Shown one piece after another: positions 1 through 10,596 of a DNA stretch of 64,000 nt (positions within the stretch are counted from its first letter, which is position 1; the number at the start of each line of letters is the position of its first letter). The notes beneath the pieces are model-generated. The model saw only the letters and a program-made list of their open reading frames with translations. It did no database searches and was not told the origin of the DNA. The position numbers were made by a program, and so were the translations under genes. Origin of the DNA: an uncultured bacterium (lineage in GTDB: Bacteria > Actinomycetota > Geothermincolia > Geothermincolales > Geothermincolaceae); NCBI GenBank assembly GCA_963814495.1, contig CAWFDJ010000032.1:1259-65258 (forward strand), in the 5' to 3' direction.

Positions 1-26
1 GCCCTTAAGTCGATAATGCCGGTCAT
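1..26 (-). CDS. 5' end of a CDS running off the window edge (MTGIIDLR...)
   Basis: ATG at 26 preceded by a strong SD (AAGGAGGT); only 8 codons visible, so no product can be assigned. Confidence 0.5.
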
Positions 27-74
27 GCCTACCTCCTTGCGACGCCGTATATTTCCCCTTAGTTTAGCAGAATT

Positions 75-161
75 AGTAAATTTGGGGTCAGACCCCGAAT
101 TTACTTATCTCGCCGGCGCGATTATCCGGTTTTGTAAATTTGGGGTCTGACCCAAATTTAC
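75..161. repeat. Inverted pair of REP-like palindromes (GTAAATTTGGGGTCWGACCC...AATTTAC)
   Basis: 75-105 agtaaatttggggtcagaccccgaatttact and 134-161 gtaaatttggggtctgacccaaatttac; each self-complementary, with loops in opposite orientation (tcaga/tctga). Confidence 0.75.
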
Positions 162-2360
162 TGGCCGGTGTAGCCCTCGGCGAAGTGACCAGGTGGTGGA
201 GGGGGCGGGCACGCCGAAGGAGTTCGAGCGCGCCGTCACGGGAGTGATAGCTGAAGTACATGGCGCGCTCGGCCGTGATGGGCTGGTCCGACTCCACCAG
301 GGTGGAGAAGTCCGCCGTGCCCATGCCGTTGACGTCGTTCACCTTGACGGTGCCGCGGCTGTGCGGGCCCACGGTGATGTCCTGGCTGAGGGTGGAGCCG
401 TCGCCCAGCATGAAGGTCAGCCTGGCGTTGGCGGCCTCCTCGCCCGGGTTGTTCAGCAGCACCCAGGTGTCGAAGCTGCCGTTGGTGCACCCCTCCGCGA
501 AGTACCACTTGTCCGAGAGCGCGGTGACGCCGGGGGAATCGTGGCCGCCGCGCCAGCCGTAGTAGTCGAAGTACATGGCGCGCTCCGACGCCACCGGGAT
601 GTCCGAGTCGATGCGGGTGGAGACGTCGCTGTTGTCCAGCCCGGGCATCGCGTCGACGTGGATGATCGAGCGCGACTTGGGCGGCGCCTGCAGCTTGTAC
701 TCCCTGATGGCCCCGCCGGGCTGCATGAAGGTGGCTGTGACCTGCGCTGTACGCGCCTCGTCCGGGTTCATCACCAGCACCCAGGTGTCGGAGTACCCCC
801 CGGTGTAGCCTTCCGCGAAATACCACTGCTGGTTGAGGGCCTCGATGGGCGGCGCGCAGCTGCCGCCTGCCCGGCCGTCGGAGTCGAAATACATGGCGCG
901 CTCGGCCACGATGGGCTGGTCGCTGGTTATGTCTGCCGAGAATTCCGCCATCTCCAGGGCCGGGATGGAGTCGACGTTGATGGTGACGCGGGAGCCCGCG
1001 CCCACCGCGTAGTCCTGTTCCTCGATGACCCCCTGCCCGCCGAAGTACTGGACGTGCACGTTGGCGTGACCGTGTTGGGGTTCTGCAGCAGGATCCATGA
1101 GTTGAAACCGCCCCCGCAGTACCCCTCCGCCAGGTACCACTGGGTACGCTTGGCGGTGGCGCCGGTGGAGGTGTGGCCCCCCTTCATGCCGCTGCCCATG
1201 AAGTCGAAGTACATGGCGCGTTCGGCCACGATGGGGAGGTCCGAGACGACCTCGGCCGACACCTCGGCGTTCTGCAGGATGCCGTTGACGTAGACGGTGC
1301 AGCGGGAATACGGCCCCACCGCGTAGTACTCCTTCCACTGGTCCCCCCGGGCATCATGTAGGTGACGTTGACGTTGGCAGTCTCGGAATTGGGGTTCTGC
1401 ATCAGCAGGAACTCGTCGAAGTTCTGCTCCGATAGTGAGAAGAAGTTGGTGGGCAGGTTCATGGCGGCGGCGAAGGTGTACCGGGCCACTTCCTTGGCGC
1501 CGGCGCTGCCCTCCAGGCGCACCCGGGTCACCCGCCCGCTGGGCCCGTAGGAGACGATCATGAAGCCGTACAGCTCGCCCACGGCCATGTCGTCGCGGGA
1601 GTTGACGATGGCCTCGAAATCGGGCCAGCTTCATGGAGACCTCCCGGTCGTGGCTGGAGGATTCTGCGCAGGCGTCGTCGTAGACAGCCTGCCAGTAGGG
1701 GTAGCGTGCCGCCCCACACCTCTTTGGCGGTGGCGGTGAAGCCGCCGCAGCAGGAGCTGTAGGCGGCCACGATGGGCGTGCCGTCGTAGGTGATGACCTG
1801 GCCGGCGGTCTGGTTGACGGCGGCCACCACGTTGGGGACGTTAGCCGGGTGATGGCCTCGTTCATGGCCTGGCAGCAGGAGCCGCTGGAGCAGATGTCGT
1901 AGCCGTCGGCCGCGTGCTTGCCCCGCATCTTGGTGGCGTAGGCGTAGGTGCGGAAGGCGGTGATGGTCATCTTCATCCCCTCGATGGGCCAGGAGTTGGG
2001 CTCCTCCTGCTGGTGCCAGCAGTAGTCGGCCATGGTGTAGTAGCGCACCACCCCGTCCCGGCACTTGACGCTGATGACCATGTTGTCGTCGATGGTGGAG
2101 AAGTCCACGCCGGAGTAGTATGTCTGGATGATGTCCCTGTAGCCCTCGCCGCGCAGGGCCCGGTAGTAGACGCCGGACATGCACATGCCCACGCCGTGCC
2201 CCTTGCCGTGCCCGTGGAAGGTGATGGTGCCCCCGCTGGCCACGGCCTGCCGCGGGGCCAGGCCCACCGGCAATGCCATCAGCGCCAGGCAGGCCGCTAT
2301 CAGCAGGGCTGCCGCCGGCTTCGCCGCGCGTTTCCATCTCGCCGTTCCGTCCATGCTCAC
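158..2360 (-). CDS. Secreted SpoIID/LytB-domain protein (putative peptidoglycan lytic transglycosylase) with four C-terminal WYxAEG (DUF5719-like) repeats; several frameshifts
   Basis: Signal peptide, GHGKGHGVGMC...YYSG, YDICSSGSCCQA, YSSCCGG, SGRV motifs of the SpoIID family spread over ORFs 927-2360, 1558-2337, 1184-1588, 88-1338; stop TAA at 158-160 after WYFAEGYTGQ. Confidence 0.8.
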
Positions 2361-2439
2361 GCCCTTCTTCTCCTCTTTATCAACACTTATTAACTCTAAT
2401 ATAACAATACATCAATAGTAACATTAGCATACTCTGGAA

Positions 2440-3162
2440 TCAAATCCAACCGAGTTTGACAACCGCCAGGATGGCGCCGGCCCGGTCCTCCACCCCCAGT
2501 TTGCGGTAGATGTTGGAGACGTGGGTCTTCACGGTGGTCAGGGAGATGAACAGCTCCTCGCCGATGTCGCGGTACTTGTAGCCCTGCACCACCAGGCGGA
2601 GCACCTCGCGCTCCCGCGGGGTGAGGATGTCGTCCCCCGGCTCGCCGATGAGCTCGCTCTTCTCCCGGGTCTTGACGTAGGATGCCAGCCGCTCCAACCC
2701 GTCGGCCTTCAGGACCTCCAGGGCTTTGCGGGATATCTCGGGGTCGAGGTGGATCTCGCCCCGGCTGGCCTTGCGCACCGCTTCCAGCAGCTCGTCCTTG
2801 CTGCAGTCCTTGAGGACGTAGCCGATGGCGCCGGCCCGCATGGACTCGATGGCCACGTCCATGTCGTCGTAGACGGTGAGCATCAGGCAGGCGATGCCCT
2901 CGCCCGACTCGTCGCCCTTGATGCGGCGCACCACCTCGATGCCGCTCATGTCGCCCAGCTTGATGTCGACCAGCAGGACGTCGGGGCGCAGTTCCAGCGA
3001 CCTCTCGAGCACCTCCCGGCCGTTCTCCGCCTCGCCCACCAGCACGATGTCCTCCTGCCCGCTGATTAGCTCGCGCAGTCCGGCTCGCACCAGGTCGTGG
3101 TCGTCCACGATCATCAGCTCGATGGCCTTGACGGCGACCTCCTCTTTACTCACTTCGTTCAT
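2440..3162 (-). CDS. NarL/LuxR-family DNA-binding response regulator
   Basis: REC domain (IVDDH, VLLVD, GYVLK) plus LuxR HTH (LTPREREVL...TVKTHVSNIYRKL). Confidence 0.95.
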   Translation of the reverse strand: MNEVSKEEVAVKAIELMIVDDHDLVRAGLRELISGQEDIVLVGEAENGREVLERSLELRPDVLLVDIKLGDMSGIEVVRRIKGDESGEGIACLMLTVYDDMDVAIESMRAGAIGYVLKDCSKDELLEAVRKASRGEIHLDPEISRKALEVLKADGLERLASYVKTREKSELIGEPGDDILTPREREVLRLVVQGYKYRDIGEELFISLTTVKTHVSNIYRKLGVEDRAGAILAVVKLGWI

Positions 3163-3256
3163 ATCAATAGTTTCGTCATCCGGGGACCTTTGCCTTTACC
3201 CGGCGGTTGATTGTATGACGTTCCGAGGAGCTGTTTTGTGCCTTTGCGGCCGCCTT

Positions 3257-4126
3257 TCAGTCCTGCTTGCCGAACTGCCAGATGGCCAGGGCCAGCAGGA
3301 CCACGGTGAAGCCCAGGATGACCAGCAGGTCCAACCAGAGTGGGTAGCGGGGCACCTGGAGCATCTCGGCCAGGGGCGTCCCCTTCAGGCAGATGCCGCG
3401 CAGGGCGTCGACGCCGTAGGTCAGGGGGTTGAGCTTGGTGAGGATGTCCATCCACCTGGGCAGGTCCTGCAGGGGGAACATGGCCCCGGAGAGGAAGAAC
3501 AGGGGCATCAGGATGAAGTTCATGATGATGGGGAAGCCCTCGAAGGAGCGCATGCGCGCGGCCACCACCACTCCCAGGGAGGTCATGGCGACGGCCAGCA
3601 GGCTGATGATGGGGATGAGCGTCAGCACCTTCCACAGGGTGTCCAGGGAAAACCCCAGGAACATGGGGAGAAATGCCAGGGCCATCAGGACCATCGCCTG
3701 CAGCAGGGCGGTGGTGGCGCCGCCGGCCACCTTGCCCACCGCCACGCTGGAGCGGGGTATGGGGGAGACCAGGACCTCTTTCAAGAACCCGAACTCCCGG
3801 TCCCAGACGATGGAGATGGCCGAGAAGACCGCGGTGAACAGGACGGTCATGCCCAGGATGCCCGGGAACATGAACAGCACGTACTTGACGTCTCCCCCGC
3901 CGAAGGCCTTGAAGGCGCTCTGCAGGCCGGTGCCCAGCAGGAAGAGGTAGAGGATGGGCTGGAAGAAGGCGCCGATGCGCCGGGGGGTGTCGCGCCAGAA
4001 GCGCTTGACGTCGCGCAGCCAGATGACGTAGACGCCTATCCAGGCGCTGCGCAAGTTCCTGCGGGCCTCGTCGCCCCAGGAGATCCTCGGCTTTGCATTT
4101 CCGGGTAGCGGTCGTACCGGCCATGG

Positions 4127-4130
<4 letters not shown>
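3257..4130 (-). CDS. ABC-2 type exporter permease (DrrB-like); frameshift near 5' end
   Basis: Hydrophobic 265-aa ORF with WDREFGFLKEVLVSP, FLSGAMFP, NPLTYGVDALR; probable start at 4130 overlapping the ATPase stop. Confidence 0.9.
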
Positions 4131-5135
<1,005 letters not shown>

Positions 5136-5181
5136 CTTCTTCCTTTCCCGCTTTTTAATTAGCGTTGCTAACTAAAGAAGA

Positions 5182-5211
5182 ATGATATTTTATCCTCCCC
5201 GGTAGTGTCAA
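5182..5211 (-). promoter_or_regulatory. Putative sigma70 promoter for the ABC exporter/regulator genes
   Basis: TTGACA (5211-5206) N18 TATCAT (5187-5182) on the minus strand in an AT-rich intergenic gap. Confidence 0.55.
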
Positions 5212-5259
5212 TAATGCTGCCGCCGTCGACGGTGCCTGGCGCCGGTCGGCAGGCGCCGG

Positions 5260-6520
5260 TCAGTAGCCGATGACGTCGGAGCCGCCGGTCCAGGCGCCGC
5301 GGTAGTTGAAGTAGATGGGGCGCTCGGCCACGATGGGGGCGGTGGAGGCCACCCGGGCGAGACGTTGCGGCCCGCCCCGGCCTCGGCGTTGACGTAGAGG
5401 GTGCGGCGGGACCCGGCGGGCAGGGTGAAGGGTTCCTTGGTGAGCGGGGCGGCGTCCTCGTAGTAGTAGGTGACGGTGACCGTGGCGTCGGTGGCCCAGA
5501 AGTTGGCCAGGCACAGCCACTCCTCGAAGCCGTCGCCCGTGTAGCCCTCGGCGAAACAGGCGTCGGTCGAGCCCTCACGGGCGCCGATGACGTCGGAGCC
5601 GCCGGTCCAGGCGCCGCGGTAGTTGAAGTAGATGGGGCGCTCGGCCACGATGGGGGCGGTGGAAGCCACCCGGGCGCTGACGTTGCGGCCCGCCCCGGCC
5701 TCGGCGTTGACGTAGAGGGTGCGGCGGGTCCCGGCGGGCAGGATGAAGGGTTCCTTGGTGAGCGGGGCGGCGTCCTCGTAGTAGTAGGTGACGGTGACCG
5801 TGGCGTCGGTGGCCGAGAAGTTGGCCAGGCACAGCCACTCCTCGAAGCCTTCGCCCGTGTAGCCCTCGGCGAAACAGGCGTCGGTCGAGCCCTCACGGGC
5901 GCCGATGACGTCGGAGCCGCCGGTCCAGGCGCCGCGGTAGTTGAAGTAGATGGGGCGCTCGGCCACGATGGGGGCGGTGGAAGCCACCCGGGCGCTGACG
6001 TTGCGGCCCGCCCCGGCCTCGGCGTTGACGTAGAGGGTGCGGCGGGTCCCGGCGGGCAGGGTGAAGGGTTCCTTGGTGAGCGGGGCGGCGTCCTCGTAGT
6101 AGTAGGTGACGGTGACCGTGGCGTCGGTGTCCGAGAAGTTGGCCAGGCACAGCCACTCCTCGAAGCCTTCGCCCGTGTAGCCCTCGGCGAAACAGGCGTC
6201 GGTCGAGCCCTCACGGGCGCCGATGACGTCGGAGCCGCCGGTCCAGGCGCCGCGGTAGTTGAAGTAGATGGGGCGCTCGGCCACGATGGGGGCGGTGGAA
6301 GCCACCCGGGCGCTGACGTTGCGGCCCGCCCCGGCCTCGGCGTTGACGTAGAGGGTGCGGCGGGTCCCGGCGGGCAGAATGAAGGGTTCCTTGGTGAGCG
6401 GGGCGGCGTCCTCGTAGTAGTAGGTGACGGTGACCGTGGCGTCGGTGGCCGAGAAGTTGGCCAGGCACAGCCACTCCTCGAAGCCGTCGCCCGTGTAGCC
6501 CTCGGCGAAGTACCACTCCT
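5260..6520 (-). repeat. Intragenic tandem repeat, 4 x 318 bp (106 aa), near-identical copies
   Basis: Shadow ORF ends at 5575, 5893, 6211 are spaced by exactly 318 nt; unit FAEGYTGxGFEEWLCLANF...GGSDVIG. Confidence 0.95.
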
Positions 6521-9500
6521 CCACCGGGGGCTCGGGCTCCCCCCGCACGTCGAAGTAGCCGCTCGCCCCGCCGGCGCCGAGGTGGTCCGCCTCGATGCGG
6601 TCGCCGTCCCACGGGTCCTCCACGCTCACCTGGCCGGACCAGGCGCCGGCCTGGAAGGCCGTGGTCGAGGTGGGGCTCAGGCTGCCCGAGAGGTCGGACA
6701 GGGCCACCGTGCCGGTGAAGCCCTCCACCAGGTTGTCGTAGGCGTCCCGCGCGCTCAGGGTGACGCTGAAGGCCACGCCGGCCTGCTGGCCGGAGATGGC
6801 CGCGAAGGTGAAGTGGTCGAGGGGCCCGGGGTCCACGGCGAAGTCGGCGGAGGTGCCGCTCTCCCCCGCTCCGGCGGCGGTGAGGTGGACGGCCGGGTCC
6901 GCCTGGTAAAGGGTGAGGTCCCCGGTCCAGGTGCCCGCGGTGAAGGAGCCGCTGGCAGCCGGGCTCACGTCGCCCACGCTCGCCGAGAGGGCCACCGTGC
7001 CGGTGAAGCCCTCCACCAGGTTGTCGTAGGCGTCCCGCGCGCTCAGGGTGACGCTGAAGGCCACGCCGGCCTGCTGGCCGGAGATGGGCTCAAAGGTGAA
7101 GTGGTCCAGGGGGCCGGGGTCCACGGCGAAGTCGGCGGAGGTGCCGCTCTTCCCCGCTCCGGCGGCGGTGAGGTGGACGGCCGGGTCCGCCTGGTAAAGG
7201 GTGAGGTCCCCGGTCCAGGTGCCCGCGGTGAAGGAGCCGCTGGCAGCCGGGCTCACGTCGCCCACGCTCGCCGACAGGGCCACCGTGCCGGTGAAGCCCT
7301 CCACCAGGTTGTCGTAGGCGTCCCGCGCGCTCAGGGTGACGCTGAAGGCCACGCCGGCCTGCTGGCCGCCGATGGCCGCGAAGGTGAAGTGGTCGAGGGG
7401 CCCGGGGCCGACGGCGAAGTCGGCGGAGGTGCCGCTCTTCCCCGCTCCGGCGGCGGTGAGGTGGACGGCCGGGTCCGCCTGGTAAAGGGTGAGGTCCCCG
7501 GTCCAGGTGCCCGCGGTGAAGGAGCCGCTGGCAGCCGGGCTCACGTCGCCCACGCTCGCCGAGAGGGCCACCGTGCCGGTGAAGCCCTCCACCAGGTTGT
7601 CGTAGGCGTCCCGCGCGCTCAGGGTGACGCTGAAGGCCACGCCGGCCTGCTGGCCGGCGATGGCCGCGAAGGTGAAGTGGTCGAGGGGCCCGGGGATGAT
7701 GGTGAAGGGCTCGCCGGCCGAGGTGCCGCACATGGTGGTCACCGTCACCGGCCCGTCACCGCACCAGGGCGGCACCCTCACCACGATGACGCCGTCGCTC
7801 CAGCTGACGTACTCCAGGGCCGCGTGCCCGTTGAAGTCCACGTGGCTGCTCCCCTTCTCCGCCCCGAAGCCGGAGCCGTTGACGGTCACCTCCATGCCGT
7901 ACCAGCCCTCGGAATCGCTCAAGGACGTGGTGGCCGGAGCGTCGCCCCCCGGCGTCCAGGTCAGGCCCCAGTCGGTCAGTTCCGGCGTCACCAGGGCGTC
8001 CGTGGTCGAGAGGCCGGCCCGCAGGCGCAAGGCCGGGAAGGACGCGGGGTCGATGCCGGAGATGTCCGCCCCGGACGCCACTCCCGTCCGCACCGTGCCC
8101 GAGACGGCGTCCAGCAGGTCCACAGAAAGCGTAGTGGAGGCGGGGGTCGTCGCGCCGTACTCCACCGCGTCCCAGTCGAAGAAGTATCCCGGCTCGTATT
8201 CCAGCAGGTAACCGAAGAGGCTGGTGCCCGCGTAGATGCGCCCGTTCTCCCCCAGGGCCAGGGCGGAGACCTTCCTCTCCCAGCCCCCGACGCAGGGAAG
8301 CCGGCGGTAGCTCCCGTCCTCGTAGCGCACCAGCAGCTCGTGGTCCAGGGAGTAATCGTTCTGGCTGGTGGTGCCCAGGTAGACCTTGCCGTCGCTGCCC
8401 GGGCAGGCGGTATGGATACCCTTGCCCGTCCCGGGGTCCTCCTGCCCCAGGCTGCCGCTTGACGGGTCGTAGACGAAGACGTACCCGCCCGGCGACGTCC
8501 CCGCGTAGACCCTGCCGTCCGCCCCGCAGGCCAGGCCGGCCGCGAAGCTCTCGCTGCCCAGGGCGGCCAGCTCGCGGGGGTTGTCCTGAGGCCCCGTGCC
8601 GGGGCTCCAGGCCCTGCCGGGGTCGTACGCGAAGAGCGCCGCCCCCACCCCGGCCGTGCCGTAGACCAGCCCGTCCCGCCCCAGGGTCAGCGCGGTCACC
8701 TCGCTGCGCGCGGACACCGGCATGCCCAGGGCCACCGTCTCCCCGCTGTCCAGGTCGTAGTAGAAGAGACGGCCGCCGGGATAGGTGCCCCCGTAGATGC
8801 GCCGTCCCCGGCTGACCAGCGAGGTGATGGTCTGCTCCCCCGCCCGGGGCTGCCCCAGGTCCTCGTATGTTCCCGTAGAGGGCCTGTAACGCACCAGGTG
8901 GGCCGAGGGGTGGGTTCCTATATAGATGGCGCCGTCCGCCCCCTCCGCCAGGCTGGTGAGCCCGTATTCGCCCGGAAGCGGCTGGCCGAGGTCCGTCAGG
9001 TCACCCAGCCCCAGGACCCCGGGCCGGTAGCGGAAGAGGTGGCCGCCTGTCACCGTCGAGATCTCCGGCTCGTTGGGCCAGTCCACGTAGGTCCCCGCGT
9101 AGACGTCTCCCCCCGCGGCCGCCGCGATGGCCGAGACCCGCTGGCTGGCGTTGCCGGTGTTGGGCGGGATGGTCAGCTGGCCCAGCACGGGCGCCTGCGG
9201 GTAGACGGCGTCGGACTTGAGCGAGGCCGTGTCGTCGTAGCGGGCAGCACTCGAGAAGCGGAAGAAGACGTTGTTGAGCCCGGCGCCGTAGACCACGGTA
9301 TCCGACCCCTGCGTAAAGGCGCAGAGGCGGTTGACCCAGAGGTAGTCCTCCTCCGGAGGGCCCAGGTTCTCCAGGGTGTCCGTGGCCGGGTCGTAGGCCA
9401 GGAGGGAGCCGTCGAACCAGTCTCCCCGGCTGTGCCCGTAGGTGCCCAGGTAGACCAGCCCGTCCGGTCCGGCAACCAGGGCGGAGAGTTCCCGCTGGTT

Positions 9501-10580
9501 CTCGAGGACGGGGCCCTTGTCCACTATCCCCGTCTCGGGGTGGGAAGGATCGTAGACAGCCAGTCGGCAGGTGGGATAGGAGCCGAGGTAGATACGCCCG
9601 TCCGGGCCGATGACCAGGTCGCTGAAACTCACCTCCGAGCCCAGGCGACCCAGGTCGGTGAAGGACGCCCCGCCCACGTCATATGAAAAGAGGCGGGCCT
9701 CGTTGCCGGTGCACATGTAGATGACGTCCTGAACGGCATCCGGATGGGCCACCACCCCCCAGGCCTCGTCGATGTCCGGGTCGGCCTTACCCAGGTCCTG
9801 CACGACGGGCGTGGTATCCCATACCGTCGCGGGGTCCAGGCGGAAGAGCCTCCCCCCGCTCTCCGGCGGGGCGGGGGCGGCCGCGGGGGAGTCCGCGTAG
9901 GTCCCGCCGTAGACCCAGCCGTCGTTGCCCATGCACAGGGAGTTGACGGCGTTCTCCCCCGCGATGGCCTGTCCCAGGTCGCGGGGGTTGCCGGAGGTGC
10001 CGGTGCCGGGGTTCCAGGGGAGCGTGGGGTCGTAGACGAAGACCCGTCCCCCTTTCTGCCGGCACTCCTCGGCGTAGGCGGTCTCCCAGTAGTAGATGCA
10101 CCCGTAGATCATGCCGTCCGGGCCTTCCAGCAGGTCGCGCAGGTTCATCTCGGTGCCCGGCCGCCAGTCGTCGATGACCGGGATACCCAGGACCCGGGGG
10201 TTGCAGCCGGCTTCCGTCCCCGGGTTCCACGCGGGGCCGGCGGGGTCGTAGGTGTAGAGGTTCCCGGGCATGGCGGTCCCGCCGTAGATGATGCCGTCGG
10301 AGGCATGGATGAGCGCGCTGGTGTACAGGGTCGTGGTGCTGACCCTGCCCAGGTTGGAGAGCTCGCCCCTGAGCCGCATGCCGTTTCCCGATAAGACGGC
10401 CCGGTCGCTCGAAGTGATCAGGTGGTTATCCTCGAAGGTATCCGTCCACCTGCCCGTGGTGTATTCCGGCCGGGCCTGGGGCGCGCTGGCCAGCAGCAGG
10501 AGGCCGCATGCCAGGAATAGCATGAGCACGCGCACGCAGCTTCCTTGCCGGGAAATCTTACCGGAATTCCTCCCGTCCAC
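5260..10580 (-). CDS. Large secreted surface protein (~1770 aa): signal peptide, beta-propeller repeats, IPT/TIG domain, four Ig-like repeats, four WYxAEG (DUF5719-like) repeats
   Basis: 1790-aa ORF; repeated GxDGxIYxGT blades; VTVNGSGFG...VSWSDGVIVVRVP IPT motif; true C-terminus (GGSDVIGY*) in the 5260-5520 frame after a frameshift at ~5360. Confidence 0.85.
6700..7695 (-). repeat. Intragenic tandem repeat, ~3.5 x 288 bp (96 aa Ig-like unit), near-identical
   Basis: aagtggtc motif at 6811, 7099, 7387, 7675 (period 288); unit GPLDHFTF...SGTSADFAV. Confidence 0.95.
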
Positions 10581-10596
10581 CGCCCATCAACTCGGT

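Noticed and set aside
5260-7700. Long direct repeats as a possible CRISPR array or mobile element
   Set aside because: Units are 318 and 288 bp, in frame, contiguous without unique spacers, and encode protein domains; no cas or transposase genes
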